Assembly: GCA_964016885.1 (NCBI GenBank)
Contig: OZ024743.1
Location: 162,626,001-162,690,000 of the forward strand
Length of the DNA: 64,000 nt
Direction of reading: 5' to 3'
Origin: Eledone cirrhosa
Lineage: Eukaryota
How positions within the stretch are numbered: the stretch's first letter is position 1; every line of letters begins with the position of its first letter. This document shows, piece by piece, positions 11,930 through 25,850 of this stretch. A model generated the notes under the pieces. It had not been told where the DNA came from and did not search any database. It saw nothing but the letters and a program-made list of their open reading frames with translations. The translations under genes and the position numbers were made by a program.

Positions 11930-13655
11930 AGCGAAGTCAATGCAGACAAGCAGACATACAGACAGATATTATAAGGACACAACGTTATAGTTATGTATCT
12001 ATCTAAAAAGACAGAGTAAGAAAGAGAAAGGAATGTTGTATTATATATATTATCTATATATATAAAACAGAGGATGTCTGTCTGTGTGTCTGTTTCCCTA
12101 AAACTCGAGAAGTACCCAACCGTTTTTTTTCAAACTTTACACATGTAACCCGTATGGCCCCGGAAGTGTTTTGAGCAAATCAAATTATTCTGACCTAGGG
12201 ATCGAATTAGTGAAGTGGCCAATGTCTGTACATAATGAGGGAGTGAGAGCGGAGAGAAAGAAACGGAGAGGCGAAGTGAAGAAGTGGATCTCTACTCCTT
12301 CTCCCCATTCGTCACAGCGTTTTTCGATAGAGGGGAGAAATGTGAACGAGTTACAGAGAGAAAGAGTAAGAGTGAAAGAAACAGACAGACTAAAAGAGGG
12401 GGATAGCAGGAGAGAGAGAGAGAGAGTGACAGACGCCGTCTTTTGAGAGTTGTATGCATCAAAGATACATGACAGTGGAATAACTATTGCGTGTGTGTGT
12501 ATGTGCGTGTGTACGTGCGCGCGTGAGTTTGTGTGCGTTTGCATGCGTGAGTGTGTATGTGTGATTGAGTGATTATAAACTCTCTCACATGGTCTGATGG
12601 AATTAACCCTTTAGCATTTACATTACTCTATATATACTATATTATTTTCATGGTAAAGGCTTTATCTCACATAATATAAAAATCTCAGATTTAATATTAT
12701 TTATTTTGAGAACGATACCTTAACCCTTTAGTATTAATATGAGTGAGTTATAAAGAGAAAGAGGAGTGAGAGTGAAAGAAACAGACAGACTAAAAGAGGG
12801 GGATAGCGGGAGAGAGAGACGCTGAAAGAGGGGAAGGAAAGCTATATGTCTTGCTGTCTGCATTACAATACATATATATACACACACACTGATCGCGTCA
12901 TAATGACGTAATGCAGACAGCCAGACATACAGACAGATATTATAAGGGCGCAACGTTATATCTATGTATCTATCTAAAAAGAAAGACTAAGAATTATAGA
13001 GAGAGATCGCTAAATCGCCTAATGCGGTCCCTAGGGCATTGAAAATTTGAAATATTTTTTGCTCAAAACACTCACAGGACCATAAGTATTACATGTATAA
13101 AGTTTGAAAACAATCGGTTGGGTGGTTCTCAAGTTTTAGTGAGCTGACAGACATTCTCTGTTTTAGATATATAGATATATATATAATTATATATTCGTGT
13201 ACAGATATTTTTGCATACACAATAACAAAATATAAATAAACATATTTATTTCACGAGGCTCAATAAGGATAAATATATATTAAATATATAAGAACGTCTA
13301 GAGCAAATCCCGAGTAATGCCGGGCCATTCTGCTAGTATTTTTATATATAAAACTGGATGTCTGTCTGTGTGTGTGTGAGTTTGAATTCCTAAAACTCGA
13401 GAACCACCCAACCGACTGTTTTCAAACTTTACACATATAATACTTATGTTTCAAATTTTCAATGCCCTAGGGACCGCATTAGGCGATTTAGCGATCTCTC
13501 TCTATAATTCTTAGTCTTTCTCTTTTTAGATAGATACATACATATAACGTCGCACCCTTATAATATCTGTCTGTATGTCTGGCTGTCTGCATTACGTCAC
13601 TTCCCACAATTCCCTCTTAGTCCAGAACGCGCCCTTATAATATCTGTCTGTATGT
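11930..13655. mobile_element. Cluster of non-autonomous Helitron-like pieces in both orientations
   Basis: 5' end TCTATATATATAAAA at ~12054. 3' hairpin cccg-agtaatgc-cggg followed by CTAG at 13309-13336. Internal direct and inverted duplications. Confidence 0.65.
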
Positions 13656-13689
13656 CTGGCTGTCGGCATCATTTACATCCACTGGGTCC

Positions 13690-14130
13690 CCCACGGTCAG
13701 ACAGTCACCAAAGAGTAATATGTAGAGGTTTTGAAGCAGCTCAGAAAGAGATTTCATTGCAAGAGACCAGAACTCTTCAAGTTTGGTCAGTGACACCTGC
13801 ACCAAGACAATGTCCCCTTCCACAAATCCATCCTGGTGACCAACTACCTGGCCGATATGGGATCAAGACTGTCCTTCATCCTCCCTACAATCCAGACTTA
13901 GCCCCATGTGACTTCTGGATATTCCTGAAGCTGAATGAAAAGCTCAGGAGTATCCACTTTGAGGATGTGGAGGAGATGAAGGAGGCTGTGACTAGCGCCC
14001 TGGACACCTTCACTTTAGAGGACTACAAGAGGGCCTTCCAGGAGTGACTGGAGTGCTACGAGTGCAATGAAGTTGGAGGATCCTACTTTGAGGGAGACTA
14101 GAGTTTTGTGTTGATCTGAGTTAAATAAAT
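13690..14130 (+). mobile_element. Mariner transposase C-terminal remnant
   Basis: HLHQDNV...(frameshift)...HPPYNPDLAPCDFWIFLKL matches the mariner YSPDLAPxD motif. Confidence 0.85.
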
Positions 14131-14433
14131 GTCTGTCTCTGACACACAGGAAATTAACAAACAACTTGTCAAGTTGTACAATGCCACAGCTGCTTAGAGT
14201 AACAAGTTATAGCTACAGTATGGTACTTATTTACATCTAGGTGAACTTCTTGCTTGAGAGTTAAGTATTTTGATCAGTGTCACAAAACAGTTTAGGTATA
14301 TAGGTTACAAACACACCAAGCTCTCATCAGGTTGTCTGCTTTTTTAGTCATATTCATTCATGTTCTCACATAAACTAGAAAGTAGAAAATGTAAAATACC
14401 AAATTTAAAAATCAAAAGAAAAGAGAAACTTAC

Positions 14434-14665
14434 TAATAATGAAGGCACCAATGAAGACTCTGCAAACACAGTAGCCTTGCCAAGACGCAGCTAAACCACT
14501 AGCAATTTGAAATATTAATAATAATAAGTAAGAACCATAGAGAATTTTTTTCCGTCCAAAATAGTCTGAGAGTGGGCCAGTGATAATACTGCCAAAAAGT
14601 AATCCAACCATGGTTAAGGTATTGATTAGAGTAATGGCATAACTTTGGTCACAGACAAGGTTCCA
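14434..14665 (-). CDS. SLC22 transporter coding exon 2 (232 bp)
   Basis: Acceptor tttcag|TGG. Encodes WNLVCD...GLLFGSIITGPLSDYFGRKK (MFS/SLC22 motifs). Donor A|gtaagt, phase 1. Confidence 0.93.
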
Positions 14666-15654
14666 CTGAAAGAGAAAAAGCAAAAACATGATTGAAGAAA
14701 CATAAACAAGAAAATATCAAGTGTTATTTGCATTAAACACATTTACCTCTTTAAATGCTACATTTCTGATTAGTGAAATAGTAATGGTGTTAATGAGTTA
14801 ACTCTTTAGCATTTAAACTGGCCATATCCAGCCAAAATTCTCTCACCTTTTTCTGTGCAAACTGACCATAACCTGCTGCTCATACTTATGTTAAGGTGCT
14901 GTTCTCAAAATAAATAATATCAAAATCTCATAGATTCAATAATATATGAGATAACTATCTGAGATAAAGTATTTACCATGAAAATACAATCGTTAATATA
15001 GAGTAATGTAAATGCTAATGGGTTAATCCATACACACACTGATATTAATCAGTTAATTCTTATAAAAGCTCCCAGTCCACACTATAAAGTGGTCATGTAG
15101 GTGTCACGATAAAAAGCACCCAGTCCACACTGTAAAGTGGTCATGTGGGTGTCATGACAAAAACCACCCAGTACACACTTTAAATGTGGTTGGTGTTAGG
15201 AAGGGCATCCAGCTGTAGAAACCAAACCAGAAACATGGTCGCCTGATTTGACTTGTCTCACAAAGGGCCAACTTGTCTAACATGGTGGGAAAATGGACCT
15301 TAAACAGTGACGATGATGAAGATATGCTGTTGTTATTCAGTTAATCTTTAAAATTCTGCTACTAATCAGTTAATCATTATGCATAGAAGAAGTCTGATAT
15401 TTCAGACAGAACTCTTTATAGGGAAAGAAAAATGTCATCTAAGTGTTTAAGAACAATTAATTTGGGAAACATTTGACTTCTCTTATTCCTTAGGGCATAC
15501 AATTTATTCCAGTTTGAACATCATTATCATCACCATGTAATGCCTATTTTCCATTGTATTAATTGTTGCCAACACAGAACATCACTTGTTTCTTTCTATT
15601 CTACTGTTCTACTAATCCTCATACACACTGCTAGTAATTAATCTCTACACACAT

Positions 15655-15998
15655 GGAGGCACATGGCTTAGTGGTTAGAGCATTGGCCTTGCAATCGAAA
15701 GGTTGTGAGTTCAATTCTCAGATCGGGTGATGTGTTGTTTCCTTGAGCAAGACACTTTATTTCACATTGCTCCAGTTTACTCAGCTGTAGAAATGAGATG
15801 ATAGGGACTGGGGTCCCTATCATTCCACTACAAAGTGGTCGTGGAGGTGCCACGGCAAAAAAGCACCCAGCACTCACTGTAAATGAGGTTGGTGTTAGGA
15901 AGGGCATCCAGCTGTAGAAATCAAGCCAGAATCAGTTCCCGTCCCACCCTTGCAAGCAGGGAAAAAGCGGACGTAAAATGAAATGAAATGAAATGAAT
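15655..15998 (+). mobile_element. CORE-like tRNA SINE with RTE-type 3' tail; copies at 40669-41026 (+) and 48037-48430 (-)
   Basis: Head ggcttagtggttagagcattgg...gagttcaattctc; core ccttgagcaagacactt; tail ...ggaagggcatccagctgtag...ggacgtaaaatg. Confidence 0.85.
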
Positions 15999-16266
15999 GA
16001 CACACTACTTCAAACCAGTTAGTCTCTACACACACTACTACAAACCAGTTAGTCTCTACACATACTACTACAAACCAGTTAATCCCTATACACACTACTA
16101 CAAACCAGTTAATCACTATATACATAGCAACAAACCAGTTAATCTCTATACACACAGCAACAAACCAGTTAATCTCTATAAACCAGTTAATTTCTATATA
16201 CATAGCAACAAACCAGTTAATCCTTATTCACACAGCAACAAACCAATTTCACTCTGTACACACTGC
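15999..16266. repeat. Minisatellite, ~30-bp unit (acacactactacaaaccagttaatctctat), ~9 copies
   Basis: Directly visible tandem array. Confidence 0.92.
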
Positions 16267-16469
16267 TATTAGGTGGTGAATTGGCAGTCGTTAGAATGCC
16301 AGATAGAATGCTATGCTGTGTTGGTTTCAGCTCACTGCTCTCTGAGTTCAAATCCCGTCAAGGTCAACTTTGCCCTTCATCCATTGGAGGTCGATAAAAA
16401 AGTACCAGTCTAGTACTGGGACTGATTCTTCCTCTATATCTCATTCTCACTTCCATTCTTTTACCTTTT

Positions 16470-16712
16470 AGGGTGGTGGATTGGCAGTATCGGTAGAGGG
16501 TCGGACGACATGCTTTCCAGCATAGTTACGTCCCTTTATGATCTGAGTTCAAATCCCGCCGAGGTTGACTTTGCCTTACGGGGTCGATAAAATAAAGTAC
16601 CAGTAATGCACTGGGTAATTGCCGAGGTTGACTTTGCCTTACGGGATCGATAAAATAAAGTACCAGTAATGCACTGGGTAATTGCTGGCCTTGTGGCTAA
16701 AGTAGAAACAAT
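16470..16712 (+). mobile_element. SINE family 1 with an internal ~62-bp tandem duplication
   Basis: gccgaggttgactttgccttacgg...gcactgggtaatt occurs twice in tandem. An older copy lies at ~16270-16425. Confidence 0.85.
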
Positions 16713-17054
16713 TCTTTTACCTTTTATCCTTCTCTGGAAGAAATCTGCTGTATTTAGACCTGGAGAGGATTGGGCTGTCAGGTTTTTAAAAACATGCCCT
16801 AGTAACACTGTATGTCAATACAGTGCCCTTACAACACCCTCAAGAGTTACGAGACCATGCATACATACACTGCTATTAATTCATTAATTCTGATATACAG
16901 TTATTTATTATTTAAACATTGCACACACTACTTAATAATGAGTTAATCTTCACAAATGGTAATGTTAATGAGTTATCTTTACTCCTACTATTAATTAGTT
17001 AATCTTTACACAAACTACAAGATCCATTGTTTCTGTAGAATTAAATGAATAGGA

Positions 17055-17105
<51 letters not shown>

Positions 17106-17742
17106 AGAACAATCCTCAATGTTCAACCCATGCCAGCATGGAAAAACAGCTACCTCTCCACATTGTACTGCAAGACATCACTTACTCCCTCCAAGATAAC
17201 CTACATGAAACCAACACTTACTCACCCTCACTTACATCCTTAAATTCCCATTTCCTTGTCCAAGCCCATAAGCATTGAAAGACAGGTACACCCCACGTTG
17301 TAGTGTCAAATGTCACTCTCTTTAAAGCAACCTCCTTCATGCTCCTTCTCTCACCAAATAACATACAGCCCAACCCCCTCAACCCACTTTCATCCATCTA
17401 TTCCTACCACTGCCTTCCCAGACAAGCCAAAGACACAATGAACACTAGAGTGTTGAAAAGTGATAGTGATGATGCCACAATAAAATCCACACTGTAAAAT
17501 GGTAATGCTGATGCCATAATAAAATGCACTCAGCACAATCCATAAAGTGGTAGTGCAGGTGCCATGATAAAACACACCTGGTACATGTTGTGAAGTGGCT
17601 GGTGTTATGAAAAGTATGCACCATGGAAATCATACCAGAATAACGAGACGCAGTAATCTGACCAGTCTAGAAATAGTATATGACAATCCAGGCATAAAAT
17701 AATGGTGATGATGATGATGATTAGATAATGATTTGAAACTAC

Positions 17743-20112
17743 TGTAGTGACCTACATTCCGCGGGCTCACATACATTCTCTGTGCGTGATTTGGCTCAGC
17801 TCAGCCAATCAGCGCCAGTGGAAGAGAATGTATCCCTACGCGTCCTGAGGGAGAAATTTCCCCGCGAAGATTTGAAGAATCTTCCTCTCGCACCAGGAAC
17901 TTCGAACCAGCAACACGTACATGTGACGGTGAGATTTTGCACCTTGGCCTGCCGGCTTTCCGGCGCAATGGCACATTCCCTTTAGTAACCTCATTTTTAT
18001 GTGTAACTTCAACCATACAAGTTAACCAACATTATTTGTGCTACAAGGTGGATTGGCAGTATCGGTAGAGGGTCGGACGCCATGCTTTCCAGCATAGTTA
18101 CGTCCCTTTACCATCTGAGTTCAAATCCCGCCGAGGTTGACTTTGCCTTTCATCCTTACGGGGTCGATAAAATAAAGTACCAGTAATGCACTGGTAATTG
18201 CTGGCCTTGTGCCTAAAGTAGAAACAATTATTTGTGCTACAACAAAAATAAACATACATTTCATCTCTGGTTTCTGCTGTTGACATCATGCTGATAAATT
18301 GGTGACCTGACGTGAGGAATATTGTAAATACAAAATATTCCTTTTAAAATTTTAAAAAAATTAGCAGTATTTCAAAAACTTTTCGCCACGAGGAAATTTC
18401 AAAATGGCTACCGACAAGTCCTGTCTACAATCGACAACAACAGCAGCAGCAGCAGCAGCAGCGACAACATTGTTTAACCACTAACCAACAACAGGGTATA
18501 GTGATATGGCAGCTTCATAGCCTTACCGACACAACCACCACACATCATATTGTTTACTTCTATGCTTTCACATGTATTTTCAAAATTATAGCCCGGAGAC
18601 ATTTTTTTTTTTCTTTCGATACGGTTTCCTGCAATACAAACAAGCAACACAACCTTATGTCACACAAGGTGGCAGGATGGTAAAATGGCCACGAAAACTC
18701 TCAAAAACAATATACATCTAACCCCTAGTGGCATTAACAAACTTCTTTTTCAGTTTTCAGATAGAACTAGTGTCAGAAAGTCTGTACACTGGTGATGTGT
18801 GAACTATTTGACTTTGAAAAACTTTGAACTTATCATTGAGCATTAATTTCTCTGCTCCCTTATATTGACTTTGAATTATCAGTTTGTTACATTCACATAT
18901 TTCTTTGTAAAATGCATTTACTTGTTTTGTGCTCTTTTGCTATTTACTTGCTCATGGTTTTTGTTCATTCACATTCTTTGCTGTTTTACATGCCTGCATA
19001 TGCACACATTTCTTTGTCACCTACCAACATGCTGTTCTTGGTATATGTTCTTCAAACGAAATATTCTGCGAGATCCCTTTTCACCTGGTTGAGGTGCCGT
19101 CACATGCTAGCGACTCGTAGAGCTTAATTCACCTGGATTCAGACAGGCACCGCAACACAAGAATGCTAATTGCAGCTGAACTCAAACAGTTTTGCATCTC
19201 GTTGCACACTCATCGTCCATAACAACCTCCATCTTGTTATCTTACCCGACTCACTGGGAAAACAACAAATAGAACTGGACTTGTCAGCATTTCCACCACT
19301 TCCGTGGATTCGCCCGAATTATGGAATTTACACTGCAACCCACCTACAGATTCAGCTTGCTTTTTTTCTTTTCAAAGCAACCAGCCATTTTTTCCTGGCT
19401 CCCTAGCACATTCGGCAATACATCTGGGAGGCCAACATTTTCTCGCCTACCCATCATCTTCTTGCCAGCTCTGGTAAACTACCATAATAGCTTCATCCAC
19501 AGCTACTGGTACAACACTTACTATTAACATTTAATGCAAGAACAGCAACTTCGCCCATGTCAGACTTTATCCGTTTTCTGTTAGACCTTTGGTGGTCACG
19601 TATAAACTACAAAACAGCTAGTCATTTGACACAGCGGCTCAACACGGCCCTTAGCGCCTCATTTTTTTTCTTGCATGCATCCTTCTGCTCAATTATTTTT
19701 TCACTGATGTGCTCTTTCAGCATTTGTTCTTGCTGATTCAATAATCTGTATCGACTTCTATCTAGGAGGGGAGTATTGTAGTGACCTACATTCCGCGGGC
19801 TCACATACATTCTCTGTGCGTGATTTGGCTCAGCTCAGCCAATCAGCGCCAGTGGAAGAGGATGTATCCCTACGCGTCCTGAGGGAGAAATTTCCCCGCG
19901 AAGATTTGAAGAATCTTCCTCTCGCACCAGCAACACGTACATGTGACGGTGAGATTTTGCACCTTAGCCTGCCGGCTTTCCGGCGCAATGGCACATTCCC
20001 TTTTGTAACCTCATTTTTATGTGTAACTTCAACCATACAAGTTAACAAACATTGTTTGTGCTACAACAAAAATAAACATACATTTAATCTCTAATTTCTG
20101 CTGTTGACATCA
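17743..20112 (+). mobile_element. Non-autonomous LTR retroelement (TRIM/LARD-like)
   Basis: Direct repeats 17743-18288 and 19777-20112, TG...CA. PBS tggtgacctgacgtga at 18300-18315 resembles a tRNA-Trp complement. PPT aggaggggag at 19764-19773. No pol ORF inside. Confidence 0.88.
18047..18226 (+). mobile_element. tRNA-derived SINE family 1 in the 5' LTR, with a 16-bp TSD
   Basis: attatttgtgctacaa at 18031-18046 and 18227-18242. A-box tggcagtatcgg, B-box gttcaaatccc. Central ctttcatcctt...gtcgataaaataaagtaccag resembles the Deu/Nin SINE domain (from memory). Confidence 0.92.
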
Positions 20113-20260
20113 TTATTATGTTACTCGTGTCTCAATATCATTTATAATCCATGCTGCCAAAACTACTAAGAAAATATTGTCACCAGATGTGAAAATCTGA
20201 GACTTAAATTCAGTGAGGAAAAACATTATTAAGAATGATCTAGTTACTATATATATAACT

Positions 20261-23207
20261 CATCATCATCGTTTAACGTCTATCTTCCACGCTAGCATGG
20301 GTTTAGATGGGAATTGTCCCACGCGAGGCAAGATTGGTTGTCTTGCTCGTATAGGACTATCTGGCAGGTTTTCTACGGCTGGATGTCCTTCCTAACACCA
20401 ACCACGTTTACAGTGTGGACTGGAAGGTTTTTACCGTGTTACCTACATGGCCACATTACAGCGTGGACTGTGTGTTTTTTTGTCGTGACACCTACACGAC
20501 CTCATTTATTTAGGACTGGATATTGTGGTACCAACATAGCTTTACATCGAAAGGGGTGGTGTTGATGGGGGGGGGGGGGGGGGTTGGAGTAGTGGGAGGG
20601 GGGTGTATATTTGATTAAGAGGTGCCTACTGACTGTAGGTTTCGCTTTGTACTTAGGCAAGGCGGGTCTTCTGTATTACTGCGTAGCGCCAAAGATCTCG
20701 GTCCAGTGACATTGTCTTGGAGAGGTGTAAGTGTGTAAGGTCGGAATTTATCAAATCATCCCAGGTTTTTCTGGGTCTGCCTACTCCGTAGCTTCCATCT
20801 ATTTTGATCACCCTGCACTTATTTATACAGCTGTTGTCTTTCATGAGCTTCACGTGACCATACCCACATAGTCTTCTCTCGAGTAAACAACATCTGATCC
20901 CTAATTTCTCACTTAGTTCATTTATGCTTTGCCGTTCACGTATTACTATTACACATCCAACGGAGCATGCAAGCTTCGTTCCTGTCCAGTCTGCGCAGAT
21001 CCTCTGCACACAATGCCCATGTCTCACTGCCATGTAACATTGCTGTTCGTATGCAGGCATCATACAGTCTGCCTTTCATTTTTAGAGAGAAACCTTTAGC
21101 AGCCAATAGTGGTATAAGCTCTCTGAACTTTTTCCATCCAGTTCTGACCCTGGCTACTGTACTTTCAGAGCACCCTCCACCACTGCTGATTTTGTCACCC
21201 AGGTAATGGAAGGTGTCCACTATTTCTATAGAACCATCTGGGCAATGGAAGGATCTAGTATCCTGTGGGCACTTGCTACTACTTATTGCACCTGAGCACC
21301 GGCAACATATAAAATCTATTTTCTTAGTTAGTTTACCTGTGATTCCACTACATCTTTTATGCACCCATACTTTGCATTTGGGACATAAAATGGAGTTTCT
21401 GCCTACTCCTTTCCTACACACTGAGCATGGTCATTTCCCAGAGGGGACCAGTGCCCTATTTTCCTTCCTACATACTAGAACTTTAGTCTTAGACAAGTTT
21501 ATTTTAAGGCCTTTTGATTCTAGGCATGCTTCCACATTTGGAATTTCTTCTCTAGTTCAGCCATTGATTCAGCTATGAGTGTTAGATCATCTGCATATAG
21601 ACTTCCCATGGGCAGCCGGTCTTGAACTCCTCTGTTATAGCCTGAAGGGCAATAATAAATAGGAGGGGGCTAAGGACCCTAATGAACACCAACTTTTACG
21701 CTAAATTCTTCACTATTTTCGTTGTTAATTCTAACCTTGCTGACTGTTTCTTTATACATGGCTTGTATAGCTCTCACAAGCCATTCATCTACACCTAGTT
21801 TTCTAAGAGCCCACCAGATAGTGGAGCAGGGGACTCTGTCAAAGGCTTTCTCCAAGTCAACAAAAGCTAAGTAGAGGGGTTTACTTTTAGCTAGGTACTT
21901 CTCCTGTAGTTGTCGTACAAGGAAAAGAGCGTCTGTGGTAATTTTACCTGACACAAACCCAAACTGCATTTGATCTAGATCAATTCGCTCTCTAATTAGT
22001 TGCACTATAACTTTTTCTGTGACCTTCATGACCTGGTTAATTAATTGAATGCCTCTATAGTTTCCCCTATCTAGGGCATCTCCTTTACCCTTGTAGCAGT
22101 TAATGATGATGATGCTACGCCAGTCATCTGGTATGACCCCATTCTGTATGATTTGGTTTACTATCCGGTTGACCATAGTGTGTCCCACCAATCCAGATGC
22201 TTTCAGCATTTCAGCAACTATCTCCGAAGGCCCAGCTGCTTTGCCTGTCTTCATATCTTTGATTGTCTTACTTATTATACTACCTTCAACTTGCACTGCT
22301 GGTCCCTCTATTGGATCGATTTGGGGCAGACTATCTTTTTCCCACTTATTCTCCTCATTTAGTAGCCTCTCATAGTGACACTTCCAAGCTACCTTCTTAT
22401 CAGTATCAGTGATGGCAAGTATACCATCATCATTACGAACACACTTCTCCCTGACAATATCACGGTTTTCCTTGACACAATATCTAGCAATCCCGAACAC
22501 CTCACGTTTTTGGTCCTTGCGTTGTAGAACATGCTTGAACTTTCTTTCCTCTGCTTCCCTTCTTGTAAGGTAGACTTGTCTCCTAGCTTCCCTCCTGGCC
22601 ACTTGATAGTGTTCTCTACTTCCCCCCATCCCGCCATACTTTCCAAGCTTGCTTTTTGGCCTTGATTGACTCCTCCACCTTACTGTTCCACCACCATGTT
22701 ATTCTCCTCCTACCTATAGGTCTGCTCCAGCCACAGATTTCATCTGTTGCCTTCAGCAGGTTAACTTTCAGGAATTCCCACTGTTCCTCTATACTGTACG
22801 TCTCTAATTGCTCTTCCTTACTGTGAAAAGCATCAAGTAATATGCTTTTAAATTTGTTACTAGCTGTGGGGTCCTTTAACTTCCATATTCTTCTTCTCAG
22901 GGTAGTTCTCCTCTGTTTTCGAGTACGTCTCGTCCTGACTATGAGGTCACTAGCTATGAGGCTATGTTAGGAGGTGCATTCTTCATGGAGAGGGATTTAG
23001 TGTTTACAACAGACACTTTGTCACGTCTTCTGGTAAGGATATAATCTATCTGACTGGCATGTTCCCCTGATCTATAGGTGATCAAGTGATTGTCTCGTTT
23101 TTTTAAGTTTGTGTTACAGATAGTTAGATTATTAGCGTCACAGAATTCAGGATTCTGAAGCTTTCCTCATTTCTGGTACCAAACCCGTAGCCTCCATGGA
23201 TTCCGTC
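20261..23207 (-). mobile_element. RTE LINE family A (PHD in RT), 5'-truncated, frameshifted
   Basis: ORFs 21679..22629, 20936..21421 and 20653..21063: NYRGI, AFVDLEKAFDRV, GVH, PHD, FHYLG, GRPRKTW. 3' tail ends in (ATG)n. Confidence 0.93.
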
Positions 23208-23220
23208 ATATATATATATT

Positions 23221-24218
23221 ATTCGTTTTTGAATTCATTTTGCGAGATTTCTTATCTGAAAACATGTGTTGAAACAGATATTATTATACTTTGGGAGGGT
23301 CATGTTACCAATAAAAACACACGCACCTGTTGGTTTTCACTTATTATTAATTTATTATAAATTTCCAGTTGGTTGGTTGATTCGATAACTGGAAGGTTTT
23401 TATATATTGTCAAAGTTCTTTCGTCACACATTCTGTGACCTCCTCACTGACTAGGTTTTTATTTTTGTGTCTCTCCTTTGTTCTGTCCTACACCACCTTG
23501 TTTTTGTGTGTTGTGTGCCTAGATGCGTTACATCTGGGTGTGTGTGTGTGTTTTTATTTATTTATTTATATGTTTATTTATTTGTCACTAGTTGATTGTT
23601 TGTTCTATCTCTGTGTGTCTGATTTGTTTTGTTAGTTTGGTTTTTGTGTGTGTCTGTATGTCTTCATTTTGTCCTTAATTACTAGTTGTGATGTTGCTAT
23701 TCCACACATGTTTAATTTTACTTGGAGTTCGTTTATGTTTGTTGCCTCTGTGATTTGTCTGAGCATTGCATCTTTTTTGTGTGTGGATATAATTTTTATC
23801 TCCGTTCTCTAATGTGCCCCTATGTTCTATTTTAGCATGTTGGGGGAGTACTGGAGTTCTCGCCAGTGTTCAGTTATCCATTCTCCTATACTACGGGCTG
23901 TTTCACCTATGTATGTTATATTCTTATTCCTACACTGTCCCTCAGTACATTTTATGCTATGTACTACATTCCTAGTTTTGCAGTTAATTTGTGGGCTTAG
24001 CTTGCAGACTATGCATTTCCTATCACTATCTCTGATTGTAGCCAAAGAACTGAATGCAGTGGATGAAGTGTTGTATGTGTCTCTCCAATTCTTTGGGGTT
24101 GTACATGCGGGACACGTACAACCAACCAACCGGAAATTTATAATAAATTGAAGTGAAAACCAACTGGTGCGTATGTTTTTATTGGCAACATGAGTATACC
24201 TCCCAAAGTATAACAATA
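23221..24218 (-). mobile_element. PLE 3' fragment (GIY-YIG plus 3' UTR) with an inverted terminal piece
   Basis: NCKTRNVVHSIKC...YIGETARSIGE. Homologous to ~55370-56128. 24119-24218 is an inverted copy of ~23280-23380. Confidence 0.85.
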
Positions 24219-24241
24219 TATATATATATATTGTTATATAT

Positions 24242-25850
24242 AGATTACTAAATGAGGAGAATGCATGGGAAAAAGAGACCCTACCCCAAGTAGACCCTAT
24301 AGAGTACAAGTCAGCAGCAGCATAGTAAGTAAGGCAATCAAAGATATGAAGATGGAGAAGGCAACCGGTCCATCGGGTATAGCTGCCGAGATGCTGAAGG
24401 CATCTGGGTCTGTAGGTCACACTATAACCACACGTATTGTTAACCAGGTAATACTAGGTGTCATACCAAAAGATTGTAGCAGTAGCATCATTGTCAACTG
24501 CTACAAAGGTAAAGGTGATGCACTAGATAGAGGAAACTATAGGGGTATAAAGCTGATGGACCAGGTCATGAAAGTAACAGAAAGAGTTATAGCACAGTTG
24601 ATTAGGGACCGGGTGAAACTAGATGCGATACAATTTGGGTTTGTACCAAGAAGAGGCACCACTGATGCCCTCTTCCTTGTGTGGCAGTTACAGGAAAAGT
24701 ACCTAGCTAAAAGTAAGCCACTCTACCTGGCATTCGTCGATCTCGAGAAAGCCTTTGACAGAGTTCCACGTGCTATAATCTGGTGGGCTCTTAGAAAACT
24801 AGGAGTAGATGAATGGCTTGTGAAAGCTGTACAAGCCATGTATAGGGGAGCAGTCAGCAAAGTTAGGATTAGCAATGAGTATAGCGAGGAATTTAGCGTA
24901 CAGGTTGGTGTCCACCAGGGCTCTGTTCTTAGCCCTCTCCTGTTCATCATAGTCCTGCAGGCAATAACGGAGGAGTTTAAAACCGGATGCCCATGGGAAC
25001 TCCTGTATGCAGATGACCTTGCACTTATAGCTGAATCTATGGTAGAACTAGAGAAGACATTCCAAACTTGGAAGCAGGGACTAGAAAGAAAGGGTCTCAA
25101 AGTCAACCTGAGAAAGAGAACCTGACAAACAGAACCCAGATCCCCTCAGGGAAATGGCCTTGCTCAGTATGTAGGAAAGGTGTAGGTAGGAACTCCATTC
25201 TCTGACCCAAATGCAAACAATGGGTACACAAGAGATGTAGCGGGATCTCGGGAAGCTTAATTAAGAATGTAGGCTTCACATGTAGCAGCTGTGCTGGGAC
25301 AGCAAACAGCAAACAGCCACAGGAAACAAGTACCACCAATCTCTGGGAGGGCTCTGTAGAAACAGTAGACAGCTTCTGCTACCTAGGTGACCGAATTAGC
25401 AGCGGAGGTGGGTGTTCAGAAAGTACAATAACTAGGGTAAGAACGGGATGGAAGAAGTTCAGGGAACTACTGCCACTGCTAGCTGCAAAAGGCTTTTCCC
25501 TCAAAATGAAAGGCAGACTGTATGATGCGTGTATATGAACAGCAATGTTACATGGTAGTGAGACCTGGGTGCTGCAAAGCGGTCGTGGAAGTGCCACGGC
25601 AAAAAAGCACCCAGCCCACACTGTAAAGTGGACGTGTGTAGGCGCCACGGAAAAAAAGCACCCAGCACTCACTGTAAATGAGGTTGGTGTTAGGAACGGC
25701 ATTCAGCTGTAGAAATCAAGCCAGAATCAGTTCCTGTGTGAGCAAGGCATGGTCATTCGACCAGACACTGCCCACAACAGGACAACCCGTCTAACCCATG
25801 CTAGCATGGAAGAACGGACGTAAAACGGTGATGATGATGATGATGATGAT
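24242..25850 (+). mobile_element. RTE LINE family B (PHD in RT), internally deleted
   Basis: ORF 24265..25125 contains AFVDLEKAFDRV, GVHQGSVLSPLLF and LLYADDL, then the PHD. It jumps to the 3' tail at ~25572. Confidence 0.93.

Noticed and set aside
15655-15730. tRNA-like sequences here and at ~36865, 40670 and 48360
   Set aside because: SINE heads with A/B boxes continuing into SINE bodies; no complete cloverleaf.
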